Positions 12,572 to 26,805 of a DNA stretch of 64,000 nucleotides are shown one piece after another. The notes below the pieces were generated by a model, which saw only the letters and a program-made list of their open reading frames with translations, was not told the origin of the DNA and ran no database searches. The DNA comes from the human T2T-CHM13v2.0 reference genome, Homo sapiens. Location: NCBI RefSeq assembly GCF_009914755.1, contig NC_060928.1; one strand, 5' to 3'. Positions within the stretch are counted from its first letter, which is position 1; each line of letters opens with the position of its first letter. The translations under genes were made by a program, and so were the position numbers.

Positions 12572-13821
12572 GATTTTGGTACTAGTAGTGGTTCTAGAAG
12601 AATAGAATTTTAAGGATGGATTTCTTTAGTGGGTTGTAGGTTTTCTGGAGTTTGGTGTTTAACATGATTAGATTGAAAAATGCTAAGGGCTCTAGTATGG
12701 AGAACATTAATAGTCCATGGCATGAACTATTTAGAGAATTATGCAAAATAAATGCATTTGACACTCCTGATTCACTGCTAATGAAAGGCAAGGAGTTTAG
12801 TGACTCTATACATATTACTTTTGACCATATGTGGAGTACCAAGGAATATAATGAAGTTGTTTAGTTGCTCCTAAGTTTGCTGGACAAAGTGACAAAAGAA
12901 AAAGGATGAGCTCAAGTATTCTAACTCCTGGCTCCAGAAGCACATACTGAGCCTCAAGTCTTCTAAGATTGCCAAGCGAGAGTCTTATTTCCTGTAGACA
13001 AAGGGCTGAAATCGCAGAAAATCAGGCACAAGCTCTTCTCATGCAAGTGGCTGACCTGCAAAGAAAGGTACACACTCAGTCTCACCAAGTGTCTACTGTT
13101 AAAGTAGGGGTATTAATTGGAAAAGAATAGGAGGCTGCAATTTGGAATAAGGAAACTGGAGATACTGAGCTTGTGAACTCTTATGAGCCTTTTTTTGCCA
13201 GAAGAAACAACCTCCCCACCTCCAGTGGTAGCAACATCCACTCCCCGACCCACGCTGCCTTCAGCCTTTCCACCTTTGTCTGAGGAGATTAACCATGTAC
13301 TACCTGAGGCAACAGTGATGGCTTCCCCTGAGGCAGTTGTCAGTCAAGACAATGCTGATTCTCCTCAGGACCTACCCCCAACACCCCGGTTTGCTTCTAG
13401 ACCTGTAACGAAATCCCGGCAGGCCCCCAGAGGTGAGATTCTGAATGTGACCCATGAGGAGGTGCACTACACTCCAAAAGAACTGCTTGAGTTTTCTCAT
13501 TTATATAAGCAGAAATCTGGAGAACAGGCATGGGAATGGATATTAAGGGTGTGGGATAATGGTGGAAGGAACATAAAGTTGGACCAGGCTGAATTTATTG
13601 ATATGTGCCCACTAAGAAGGAATCCTGCATTTAGTGTTGCAGCTCGGGGAGTTAAAAAAGGTTCTTGTCATTCATTTATTTGCTTAGTTAGCTGAAATAT
13701 GGATCAAAAGATGGCCCACTGTGAGCGAGCTGGAAATGCCTGATCATTTAATGAAGAAGAAGGGATTCAAAGGCTTAGGGAGATTGGAATGCTGGAGTGG
13801 ATTAATCACTTTAGACCTTAC
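12572..13821 (+). pseudogene. HERV-L internal 5' part: disrupted gag (Fv1-related family)
   Basis: ORFs 12652-12864 (PWHELFRELCKINAFD) and 13183-13695 (YKQKSGEQAWEWILRVWDNGGRNI, ERV-L major homology region). Stops and frameshifts present; truncated near 13821. Confidence 0.9.
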
Positions 13822-13827
13822 AACTTT

Positions 13828-14337
13828 AGAGCTTACAGTTCCTTTGGCCCATGCTGCTCAGCAGGTCCTAGATTCTTGTCTCACATCCAAGAAGAATGAG
13901 GTAGCACTGACAATTGTAGTGGGAGGAGAGTGGAGAAGAATTTTATTAAGTGACAGAACAGTTCTCAGTGGAGAGGGGATGTGAGGGTGGTTCCCCACCC
14001 AAAGTTGGGTGGTTTCTCCTCCAGCGTGGCAAGGCTTGGGGCTTTTATGGGCTCAGAATGGGGGAGTGCATAGTGACTGGTTTGTGAGTATGCAGAAAGG
14101 CTAAAACAAAGACGCCAGTCAAAGGTGGGCAGGGTAGTGTAAAAAACCAGTTAGAGAAAAGTAGGTATATGTAAAACAGGTGAAGGGTAAGGATTAATCC
14201 GAAGAAAGGGTGCTGAACAGGAAGAGAGGTTCTCAATCTGGTCCATGGATTTCACTTGTAGATTGGCTTTCAGGGTTGAAAATGGGGTTTCACCAGGCAT
14301 CTGCACCTAACTGCCAGAGTGCTTACTGCTGCTATCG
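13828..14337 (-). mobile_element. ERV1 MER4-group 5' LTR, truncated at its U5 end
   Basis: Aligns by eye to about 8688-9221 (agcttacag, catccaagaagaatgagg, gggcttttatgggct). Ends gctatcg, followed by TTGG as at 8504-8507. Confidence 0.85.
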
Positions 14338-14341
14338 TTGG

Positions 14342-14424
14342 TCTTGAATTCTTGAGCTCAAGGGATCCTCCTGCCCCTGCCTCCCAAGTAGTTGAGATCA
14401 CAGGCACACACCACCATGCCTGGC
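14342..14424 (-). mobile_element. FLAM/Alu monomer, head-side part
   Basis: tcttgaattcttgagctcaagggatcctcctgcc...ccaccatgcctggc, then the TSD. Confidence 0.8.
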
Positions 14425-14559
14425 TTAAGGTTAATTTCTAAATAAATACATATATAGATCCAAATATAGAATATGTGAGCAAACCTGGGTGTGTGTATAA
14501 TATTCCTTTAAAATGGAGGGAGGTAAGTAAGAAACTACAAAAGGGAAATCAACAATCGA

Positions 14560-16770
14560 TTTTTGACTGTTGAAGGAATTGAATTCATAGTTGCAAACTT
14601 CATCGCAAAGAAAACCCTAGTGGTAGATGGAATCCAAGGGATATTTCGCCAAATATTTAAGAAAAAAATAAACTTATTCTACTCAAACTTTCCAGTAAAT
14701 TGAGGAGGAGGAAATATTCCTTAATTCATCTTTGAGGCCAGAATTATCATGTATTGATAGCTTACTCTTTTAACAAAAATATAAAAGCACATCAGTTAAG
14801 AAAAGATAGTTTTTAACGGATGTTTCTGAAACTATTGAATTTCTATTGGCAAAAATAAAAGCACTTTCATACATATCTCACACCATAGACAAAATTCACT
14901 CAAAATGTATAATGCACCAAAAGTTAAAAACTGAAATTTTAAAATTCTACATAAAACACATGAGAATTCTTTGCAAACTTGGTTAGACAAATATTTCTTA
15001 GATATAACATCACAAGCAGGATTCAGAAATAAACAAATTTATTCATTAAACTTAATCAAAATTTAAAAATGTTGTCCTTTGAAAGATATTATTGAGAAAA
15101 GGAAAAGACCAGCCACACATGTAGATAAAATATTTGAAAAATATACACTTAATAAAGGTATTGAAAAACAGAATCTATAAGCAGAAATACAATAATAGCA
15201 GAAGACTGCTGTATTTCACTTTCATCAATGGATAAAACATCCAAATAGAAAATTAGTAAGGAAACATCAAACTTAAACAACTCTATAGACCAAATGGACC
15301 TGACTGACCTATACAGAACATTCCACCCAACAGCAGCAAGACAAGCATTCTTCTCAAGAACATACAGAACATTATTCATGATACCTTACATGTTATGCCA
15401 CAAAACAAGTCTACATTTAAGAAGACTGAAATCATATCAGTTATGTTTTCCAGCCACAATGGTATGAAACTATAAATCAATAGCGGAGGAAAATTGGAAA
15501 ACTCAAAAATACATGAAAATTAAACAAACAATCCTAAACTCCCAATGAGTCAAAGAAGAAATCAAAAGGGAACTGAAAAAGAAAATTAGAGAAATGAAAA
15601 TGAAAACTAACATACCAAAATTTATAAATGTAGCAAAAGCACTCAGAAGGAAGTTTATAGCAATACACACCTACATAAAGAGAGATCTTTAATAAATAAT
15701 CTAACCTTATGCCTCAAGTAACTAGAAAAGTAAAAACAAACTAATCCGAAAGTTAGCTGAATGAAAGAAACAAAAAAGTAGAGAATAAATCAAAGAAATA
15801 GACTAGAAAAACAATAGATCCAAGAAACTAAGATTCTTTTTTTAAAAAAAAGCATAAACAAAATAGATAAAACTTTAGCTAGTCAAAGAAAATGAGAGAA
15901 TACTCAAATAATAAAATTATAAATGAAAGATAATAAATTATAACTGATGCTACAGAAATAGTATTTTCAATTATATGGTAACAAAGTGCATAACCTAGAG
16001 AAATGGATAACTTCCTAGAAAAATACAACTTACCAAAACTGACTTATGAAGATATAGAAAATCTCAACAGACAAATAATAAGTTAGGAGATTGAATCAAA
16101 TAGAATATCTCCCAACAATGAAAGGACCAGATGGCTTCACTGGTGAATTCTACAAAATATTAAAAAAGTAATTAAGGCCAATTATTCTCAAACTTTTTCA
16201 AAAAATATTGAACTGGAGAGAACATTTCCAAATTTATTTTATGAGACCAGCAATACCCTGATACCAATGCCTGACAAAGATGCTCTAAGAAAAGAAAATT
16301 TAAAGACAATATCCTGCTGAACATAGATGTAGAAAATTTCAACAAAATATACAACCAAACTGAATTTAAGAGCACATTAGAAGGATCTTACTCCGTGATC
16401 AAATGGGATTTATTCCTGGAATGCAAGGATGGTTCAACATATGCAGGATAAAAAGCATATGATCATTTTAATAGACACAGACTAAAAATTGACACAATTT
16501 AACACCCTTTCTCAATAAAAATGCTCAACAAACTAGGTTTATAGAAGGAATGTATCACAACATAATAAAGGCCATATATCACAAGCCCAGGGCTAACATC
16601 ATACTTCAATGTGATAGGTTTGAAGTCAGGAGAATTGGGGAGGAAATGATAGATATACACATTACCATGAATGTGGTGATGGTTTATGAGTATATAAATT
16701 TGTCAAAAGATATAAAATTTGTCACTTTAAACATGTGCAGTTTGTTGCACATAGATTCCTTCTCAATATA
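14560..16770 (+). mobile_element. Composite old L1 (L1M) ORF2 fragments plus L1MC/ME-type 3' end
   Basis: A-rich ORF2-like sequence (gaccaaatggacct, gatggcttcactggtgaattctac, ggaatgcaaggatggttcaac). Non-colinear pieces suggest at least two elements. Confidence 0.85.
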
Positions 16771-17094
16771 CTGTTTTAAAAACTTTCTATATTCATCCAA
16801 AGTTGTTGTATTATTTATCCAAAACAATTTTATTAAGAATATTTTGAAATTCCTATACTAAGCTAGTTTACTACAATGTTAGCAGACAGAATAAGAAAAC
16901 TGTATTTTACATTGATTTTTAGAAAAGACAAATTTAAAGAAAGTAAACTCTTTTCAGTGTAAAACCTTAACCATTAGTAAGACAAAGTCAGGTTCAATAT
17001 AGTACTGCAGAAAGAGAAAGACTTTGTGTTTCAGATTTTCATTTTGATCTGTAGCCAGCAGTGCTTGTTTTAATATGGTGATTATCTTTCTATT

Positions 17095-17640
17095 ATAAGA
17101 TGGTGGTTAAGGGGAATAAAAACCAAAATTCTAGACCATCTGGATACAAATCTGAACCCTATCACTAAATCTAAATATCTCTTTCCTCATCTGTAAATGG
17201 GGCAATAACAATACTTACATAATGTTCTGTGAAGATTGAGTTGGCAAACAAGTGGAGAGTAGAATGTTAGATACCAGAGGCTGGTAAGGGTATGTGAGTG
17301 GGATGAAGAAAGGTTGGCTAATGGATACAAACAGAGTTACACAGAAGAAAAAAGTCTAATATTCAATAGCAGAGTAGGATGACTATAGTTAGCAACAATG
17401 TATTGTATATTTCAAAGTAGGTACAAGAGAAAAGTTAAAATGGTCCCAATATATAGTGATGCTAAATACTCAAGGTGATGGATACCCCGTATAGCTTGAC
17501 TCGATCATTACAAATTCTATGCACGTAACAGACGCTCACATGTACACCATAAATATGTAAAATATTATGTATCAATAAAATAAACTGAGTTGATACACAT
17601 AAAACACTTTGAGTTTCTAGCACAAAGTAGATATTCAAAA
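17095..17640 (+). mobile_element. MIR split by an L1MA insertion
   Basis: tttcctcatctgtaaatgggg core on the left; 3' remainder after 17586. Confidence 0.65.
17244..17585 (+). mobile_element. L1MA (L1MA4-like) 3' end
   Basis: gagagtagaatg...accagaggctgg...tatgtatcaataaaa. TSD TGAGTTG at 17237-17243 and 17586-17592. Confidence 0.85.
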
Positions 17641-18132
17641 AAAGTCAACCAATATTACTAATATCAGAAAACTTTATTTTCTGATTATTCTGTTTACCAA
17701 AATTTTACTGGTTATCAAGAGTTTAATCAATATTCATATTCTGCTAATCATTTCATAGCCTCTTATTTTACTTATTTTGAAAAACAAGTACAAACCTTCA
17801 GAAAAGTGATTGAAAATATTAGAAATTAATTTACTATAGATTTTCAATGAATTAAATATAAGATCTAACATTCAACATTCTTTACATTAAGGCAAAAAAA
17901 TCACTTGGGGCCAAACAACATACTGTGAGAGACAAATGTTACATACATTGTCATGATGCAACTAACATATGGGAGATGCTTTAAAATGAAAATACAGTAA
18001 CTATAATTTAATAAAAATATTTTTGATTTATTTTTTCTAATTACAGTAAATGCAATATTTACTTCTATTGCTTTGGTATTTTATATGTGGTACCTTTGAT
18101 TTTTTAATAATAATTAAACACTAACAATAAAA

Positions 18133-18355
18133 CAATAATGGTAATTGCTAATGCTTATACAGCAGTTACTAGTTAATAGACACAAATTTACATCCTTTAC
18201 ATATATTTACTAATATAATCTTTGTAATATTCCTAAAATTTAAGTATATTATTGTTCCCATGATGATAATAAAAATGAGGTAATTGAGATACAGGTAACT
18301 TGAATAATTTGTCCAAGATCACACACCTAGAAAAGGCACAGGATTAGGACTTGAC
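18133..18355 (-). mobile_element. MIR
   Basis: aaatgaggtaattgag...tttgtccaagatcacacac, reverse-complement MIR core. Confidence 0.65.
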
Positions 18356-18740
18356 AAAACACTCTCACACAAATCTACCTACCGCCATTTCTTTATTTAC
18401 TTTACCATGCAAAATAGAATATATTCCACCACAGTCTATTTATCTACACCTCGATTTCTCTAGTCATCTGTATATCTCAATGTCTTCTGTGACACTCATT
18501 TATTATTTCAAATCTTTAAAATTCAGTAACTTTCAACAATATTCTTGCTAGTATGTGAACATATCTGTATTCATCCATGCTCTCCCTCTCTAGTGCTTTG
18601 TAACACTTGGTCATAGTGATAAATATGTGCAGTAGCTACAGACATAAACATTAGCATTGCTTTGGCAATGATGGCATTAGAATATGGCACAACCTACCTG
18701 CTTTCATTGTGTCTTATGATGTTGACAGACATTGACATAG

Positions 18741-19061
<321 letters not shown>

Positions 19062-19609
19062 AAATTTTTAAATGAATAAAATATTGTCACTGGGTTTGTA
19101 CCTAGGTTGAAGATTACATATATTTAGAGCAAATGCTTTGCAATTCCAACTGCACAATATGTATTTCATTTCCCATTACCTATATCACCAACATTTAGTT
19201 GTTATTCCGAAGTAAAAATAATTGTTTTTCATGCTGTGGATTTCTTACATGTCCCCTTTCTTTGTTAAAGCTCAAATTGAAGAAAGTTCATTTGAGTTCT
19301 ACATGACCAGGCAGGAAGGATATGGAAAAACATGCCTATGGGATAGGAATATTATTATTACATGAAGTATATATAAATTACTTGATAATGCGTATTTGAA
19401 TAAATGATAATACCTTTAAAAAGTAAAGGGAAGTGAAAATTACCTTCAGCTCTTTGCCCTGCTTCTGCTTGTAGTAGTTTTTTTTAAATGCAACTTTTAC
19501 ACCTACTGTACAAATATAATTAAAATAAAAGTTGATTTAACATATTTCTAAGCCTGATTTATTTATAAACCAATTGTAATGAAGATTCACAAGCAAAATA
19601 ACTTTAGTC

Positions 19610-19841
19610 CTGTGGCTTCCAAACTGCCATCCTGGTGTGCAGCAATGTATTCAAAAGGCACAATGGGATACTTTTAATTTTCTAGGGAAACACAACAGTA
19701 CCTTTGGATATCCACGACTTCTACTATTAACTTTTTGTACTTAACTACTTAATAAAAAGAACTGCTGGAAATTTATTTTGGCTTAGGAATAATTTTGAAA
19801 AATTACGTGCACCATAAACCAAGGAATTATGGGAACCTCTG
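19610..19841. mobile_element. Possible old hAT-Charlie-type MITE
   Basis: TIR-like ends ctgtggcttccaaact ... gggaacctctg. Family recalled from memory only. Confidence 0.4.
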
Positions 19842-21164
19842 TTTTAGATACTTCCTTATATTACTATATTGGAATTTTTGTTATAATGGATACTACAGGG
19901 CTAATTTATATGTGTCAATTGCTAAACCAGAATCTGGCACATGTACAGTGAGAATTCATCTGAAGGTAACAACAATTGCAACATGCTGTACCAATCCTCA
20001 TGCCCTATTTCCCAAGCAGGTCTGTATCATTAGAGAAAAGGAAATTAATTGGTTCTCTCTACAGACTCTCTGTTTATGTTCTGTCAACAAAGTGTAGAGA
20101 TCAGAAACCACCTTTTAATATTTTTCTCTTGCATGGTAATTATTAAAAATCCACCCCCCAATAGCTTCCATTATTCTGCTAGGCTACTCTTTCCTTTTCT
20201 CATATTTGTTTGTTTTCCCATTATTTTTCTACTATGCATTTATCCAGAAGTTTCAGTGTGAATTAATAGCTTTTCTTTCAAAGAAAAAATATTTCTTACA
20301 GGATATATTTCCATATTCAGCACTAGAGAAATAAACCCAACAAATTCTGTGACAGAACATGCAAGCCAGAATAATACACTCTGTCAATGAAATTAAAAAA
20401 TCATCATAATATCAGATCCACCTCTAATTATAAAGACTTCTTCTCAGGGCCTAATGGTTCTTAGAGACCTATCATCTCCTCTTGTACTTTCAATAAATCT
20501 CAGATGTGTCTTAAGCTGTATATAATTATATGACTTCAAATTGTGTATTTGAAAGAAATTCCAGTTGAGTGAAGACTCTTAACGCCTAATGATGTAGGAG
20601 CAAAGCGCCAAGAGGGTCCCCTATTGTAAGTACCTTGACAACCCCATGTTTTAGTGCTAAAATTCAGCTTTTTGGAAGTAGCTACTTTGCAGTTCCATGG
20701 AATGAAACTCAATTTGTATCACTGGCTGCTGTGCTGTAAAGGAGAATTTCAATGCCCTATTGAGTACTAAGTCTTTTTGTTAGTTTATTTGCATGTTTGC
20801 AGAATAATCTTTACACTGACATAATGACACAGTCATAAAATTTCCTGAATTGAACTTTTGCTTCCCTCTGGAAATGATGAGATTGGAAGAAAAAAAATTG
20901 GTATAAAACAAATGAATACAAAATAGAGGTTTCTCTGCAATTAAGGATACACGGGGCTCATTATTGTAATGTAGGAAGGGTATACCCAAGAAAAGATTTA
21001 AACGTCCCTCAGTAAAACTGTGGAAGAAAATTTTGCTGGTTGGTGAGAATATAAATAACAAAAGAGAACCGAGAGTGAACAGTTCTAGGAAGGATAAACA
21101 CTTCCTGAATGTTAAGCTAATTTTTAAAAATTATGATCTGGTTATTTTAAAAATGTTAATCTAT

Positions 21165-21588
21165 TATATTAGACCATTTTGTGTGGCTAGAAAGGAATAC
21201 TTGAGACTGAGTAATTTGTAAAGAAAAGAGATTTATTTAGCTCACAGTTCTGCAGGTTGTACAAGAAGTATGGCACCAGCATCTGCTCCTGGTCAGTACT
21301 GCAGGAAGCTTTCACTCATGCTAGAAAATGAAAGAGAGCAGCCATGTCACATGGCAAGAGAGGGAGCAAGAGCAAAGGAAGCAAGAGAGATGCCAGCCTC
21401 TTTTAAACCAGCAGCTCTCCCATTAACTAAGAGTGTGAAGACTCACTCATTGCCATGGGGAGGGCACCAAGTCATTCACCAGAGATCTTTCTCCATGACC
21501 CAAGCACCTCCCACCAGGCCTCACCTCCAACACTGGGGATCAGATTTCAACATGAGATTTGGATGGGACAAACATCCAAATTATATCA
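21165..21588 (-). mobile_element. MaLR solo LTR (MSTB-like)
   Basis: gctcacagttctgcagg, caggaagcttt, tttcaacatgagatttgg. 5-bp TSD TCTAT (21160-21164, 21589-21593). Confidence 0.92.
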
Positions 21589-22306
21589 TCTATTAAAATG
21601 AATTTTAATTACAGAATACTCAAAAGGAACATATTTCAATAAAAATCTACTCCAAGAGATCTACTTTTAAAAATGGTTAAAGTAAATAAATAAATGCAGG
21701 CATTTTATGGATTTTTAATACAGAGATCTTATTTCATGATCCTCATTGCATGTTTCCTTTTATAAACGTAAAGTACTACATTCACTCTATTAAATGCTTT
21801 CTAATTCAATTCTATTTAGTCTAAAAATATGTTTACATCTGCTTTCTTTATTATTTTGTTTATTGGCTATCTTACAACTCGAGTTCTATTTTTTTACTGA
21901 TAGATTTTCTAAACCACATTTTAGAATTTGTATCTTCTAATTGGGGAACTTAGCCCATTTAAACTCACAGTCATACTTGATATTGTATACTTCATTGCTA
22001 GTATTTGCTATTGTCTAGTTCTCTAATGGCTTATATATTTATTTACTTTTCTCTATTGTGGTTATTTGTTCTTCTTGAATCCTGTTCATTCTTTTTGATT
22101 GTTTCAGTTTAATAAAAATTTTACTGAAGTCTAAATTGTCTACAAGTGCCAAGAAATAAAAAAGCTAATTATTTTTATTTTTCTATTTTTGGAGGAAGAA
22201 AAAATTCAATTTTAGTTCAAAAATAACCTTCAGTCTTTCCAACCCCACTCTTTGAAATGTAAAATGTGTATACCCACTCTAAATAAAATGTGTTTAAAAT
22301 TATACA

Positions 22307-22690
<384 letters not shown>

Positions 22691-23049
22691 TAATCTTAAC
22701 AGGCATTATAGTTTACTTCTTTACTACTGTGAAATTTCCTACTTGAGTTCTGGATTTTGATTAATTTCTTAAAGAGTAGTTTTCATCCCAGTGGAAAATC
22801 CTGTCTCATTGATAATATGTCCCTGCAGAAACTGACATTTCCCAGAGAGCTAACTCTACCTTTAACTCTTTTCCACTCCAGAAAGCACAACGGAGGTGTA
22901 AACTATTTTCATCTTTTCAGAATTATAGGCTACTATCTTGTTATTTTTTACCTTGCAGTTATATGTACACTGCTATTTCTAATTATGGGTACTTTTCATT
23001 AATTTTACCTAAAACTTGGTGAACAATTCTGATTTATTGCATCACTGTT

Positions 23050-23180
23050 CTCTACTTCCATCTTTCTCTGTCCCCCTGCCTCCCTCTCTTTTCCCTTTTT
23101 TCTCATCTCTTTCTCCCCTTATTTCTTTCTTCTCTGTCTCTTCTACCTTCTTCATCCCTTCGTCTCTTGATTTACCTATA
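23050..23180. repeat. CT-rich low-complexity tract
   Basis: Directly visible polypyrimidine stretch. Confidence 0.7.
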
Positions 23181-23638
23181 TGTTTTCTTCATATTCTGAA
23201 TTTTTGAAATTTCTTCTTTATACCAAACCAAAAAACATTTATTCTTTTTTCCTAGTTGATAACAGTTCTCTACTATCCTTATACGGATATTTGTTATTTT
23301 TCTCCTTCACTTTCTTCCTTATTTCTGTCATCTCTGTGTTCATATTTGCCTCTATGTCACCCTTTTGTCTCTCTGCTATTATTTTCTAGGACCATTCCCA
23401 TTGTATTATTTTCTTAAGAAATTAGGCTGATGTTAATGTTTTATATATTGGAAGACGCTTGCAAAGGTTGTGCTCTTCTGACTCTAGCCAGCCCTGGAAT
23501 TTTGCTACATATGGAAGGTAGCTGAAAGCCCATAATATTGCTCTCTGTATCAGTGATGCTAGCTACTTTTGCCTTCTTAGGGAAAAACAAAACAAAACAA
23601 AAACAACTCCAAGGCATTTCTATGAGACTATGAATTAC

Positions 23639-24265
23639 TGTTGCAGTCTGCTTAGTTCCTAGTTCAGCTAGGTCTGAGTTCTTGTCCCCTGACCAAAATG
23701 AATAAGGCATACGGACACTGAACAGTGAGTAGAGTAGGATTTATTAGGCAAAAGGAGAGCTCTCAGCAAAGAGAGAGGACGAGAAAGCAGGTTGCCAGAA
23801 ATGGGGCTGAGTTCTAGTTCTTTCACGTGGCAAGAGCAAGGAAGTCTTCCGTGGGTTCTGCCCAAAACGGAAGAAGGATGTTGCACCTGCACATGCTTGG
23901 GGTTGGCCAGAGTAACTCTATCTTGCTTATTGCCCATGAGTGCTTTGGCAAACCCATGGTGGGGAGGCAGGGAGGCAGGGAGTTGGGGGACTACAAACCA
24001 CAATACTAATGTCATATTAATGACATTATAATTAGTTGCATCAAGTTAAGGACATTTAGGTTGATTTATTGTGCCTGGGCCTAAGTTGGGACAGTCCTCT
24101 CTGAGCAACAACCTGCCACAAGGGAAAATTCTTAAGCACATTTCTTCCTGTGAGCTGCAGAGGCAGTGTAGGTGCTCTCCTGCAGGTGTTCCTGTGAACA
24201 TTTACCTTCTCCTGAGACCTTCCTTCTCTATCTGCCTAACCAGCCTCTAACTGCCTCCTCTCTCA
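23639..24265 (-). mobile_element. ERV1 solo LTR (MER61-like)
   Basis: TG...CA termini and 4-bp TSD TTAC (23635-23638, 24266-24269). Minus strand starts TGAGAGAGGAGGCAGTTAGAGGCTGG and contains AATAAA. Confidence 0.85.
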
Positions 24266-24769
24266 TTACTTTAAATCTGACACTTTACAGACTTCTATGT
24301 AGCACAAATGTTCCATGGGAATATTTTGCATTCTCCTGTTCAGTCAGGTTATCTGACTTAAATAAGATTTCTTTTTAAAAAAAATAGGTTAGATACTAGT
24401 GTTAAAAGCCACAGTTCACCCAAATATACCTTTCCCCCACTGTGTTTCCTGTCTGCTCTCTTCCTTGCTTGAAGTTTAGGGATTGGGAATAAAATACAAA
24501 TATTTCATTCTATGTTTCTTACCCACAATCTAGACTGCACGTACAGAACGTTATGTTTGAGTCATAGATACCAATTTTTCTTGTTGACAAAGTGTTTTTT
24601 TTTCTCAGAAATAAGTTTAGAAAATGAGAGTTACTAAATGCTATTTCTTCATTATTTGAAAAGCAGAAAAGCTAAGAATATAAATAGATAATCTAGAAAT
24701 GTGCTCCTCACTCCTTCCTATAAATTAAAAAGAAGTATAATCTAGAGGCTTGCTGAAATCTTTTGCAAG

Positions 24770-24920
24770 ATACTGTGGTGTAGTAAAGACCACAAAATTT
24801 AGAATCAAAGAGGTCAGGGTACTAGACTCTATTCTGAATATATGACTTTTGTTCAATGAACACCCTGATGACATTCGATTTACCCTTTGTCTCTCTCATA
24901 GAATTGTTGTGAATTCAATG
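24770..24920 (+). mobile_element. MIR fragment
   Basis: tgtggtgtagtaaaga...tagaatcaaaga...catagaattgttgtga. Confidence 0.5.
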
Positions 24921-26805
24921 CCAAGTACTCATTTCCTTCAAGTCACACATAATAACTTAAGGATTTTTTAGTAATGTTTTACTTTTGCTTAAAAGGTATT
25001 AAAATCAAAGAGTTGTATCTTTGTGTCTCCTAATTAATAGCCAAACTTTTCTACAAGTGAGTATAAAAGTCACTGTGATGATATAAATTGTAGAGGAGAA
25101 TAGTTTCAGATTAGAGGAATAATCATTTCTCATGACTTCAGAGAAAGACAAGGCAAAAATAAAATCCTAGAAGGAAAAGCCACAGACACAGGGGGTGGGG
25201 GGGCCCTATGGGCAGTGAGAGAGCCAGATTTGTGTGGCTCTTAAAGGTGTTTCTCTGAGGATTATTGATGACAACAACTATCTATTACATATTGATTTCT
25301 GGTATGTCATTGCCTTGAGTCTTGCAGACATGAAAGAAAATAGCTTACATTATAATTGTCATGATGACAAACATAAATAAAACAGGTTCTGAACAGCTTT
25401 CAGGGGAAAAATTACATTTTTACATGGTGATCATGAGTGTGCATTTTTTTTCTATAACTTCAGCTCTCACTCATAGTCAAGGAAGGATATAAACAAATTC
25501 AATATAGTACTTTATGTTAACAGGGGTCAATGAGGCTGCCTCTCATCCGGCAATTTTGTCAGTATCCTATCTGAGAAACACTGATCTGTTTTCAAAATGC
25601 TAATTCCACAGTCCAGCACTTGGGCAAGAAATCCAACATAACATGATCCAAGAAAAATATCTGGAGAGTATAGGTACCACTCATCAATTCTTGGTATCCT
25701 TCTGTTGTTCACTAAAAAGATTTTGTCACAAATATGCATTCTCTAGGAAATCCCTTAATAAAATATACAAAAATTTAGTTACATAGTCACCAAGCTGACA
25801 TTAATACTAACAATGTTAATATTAAACATATTAAATGAAGCCAATCATTCAACTCCATAAACAAATTGTGAATCTACATCATTTTATTGGTGGATAAGAA
25901 TGGTTCAGAAAATGATAAGGTGGTCTCCAACAATGGATGGATAAGTTTGTTTTTCTGATGTGTTTTTTATTTTTATTATTATAGAAAAAGAGGAATAAAT
26001 TTTTAATTTCTCATGTTGCTTCTCAAAGTCTGACTTAAAGCATAAGCTATTGAGGTGACACAATCCCTTTCCTTTCATGAGACACACAATTAAATGAGTA
26101 AATAAGAGGAGGTGATCTGTATTCTATCCCTGCCATATTGACTTTTACTTGGCAAGAATGTTATGGGATAAAACTCAAGAAAATCTATAACTGCATTCCC
26201 TTACTTATTCTCATTTTGTATTTGGAGAAGATGCGGGGCAGATATGTGTGATTATAATGAAAATGACACAAATTTTAGGAATACTATCCAGTGGAATGAG
26301 GGAACTGGTTATAAAGCAGGCTGTTCCGTGATTAAGTTTTGCCTTATTCTTAGTAGTTCCTTTAAGGGTTATTAAAATATTAGGTTAGTGGTAGGGCTTA
26401 GCCTCACTATTACCCCTAGTTGGAGTTTGCTAGGTTGAAGTTCAGATATTAACTGAGAAATAACTGGGTATGGGCACATTAAGTATTTGATATAGAGTGT
26501 GCCCCTAGGAAATGAGGGAGTTTCTTACGGTTGTGATTGTGGTTGGTTTAAATTTGTTATTGCTAAGAAATCTTTGTAAGTTCCAGATCTGCTTTTTCTA
26601 GATGAGTGAAATCGTACATGTCAGTAAATCCAATTTTCACTTTCCTCTTGGGTAAAATAATATTAATATCACTGTATTATCCAAGAATCTTAATGCAAAT
26701 TTTATTTTAATTGTAAAATCTATGAAAACAAATACATTTACTTTTAGCTTTGTTATATATTAGTTAACTATATTTAAGGTTGTAATTCTGAAGTCTAACA
26801 TCAGC

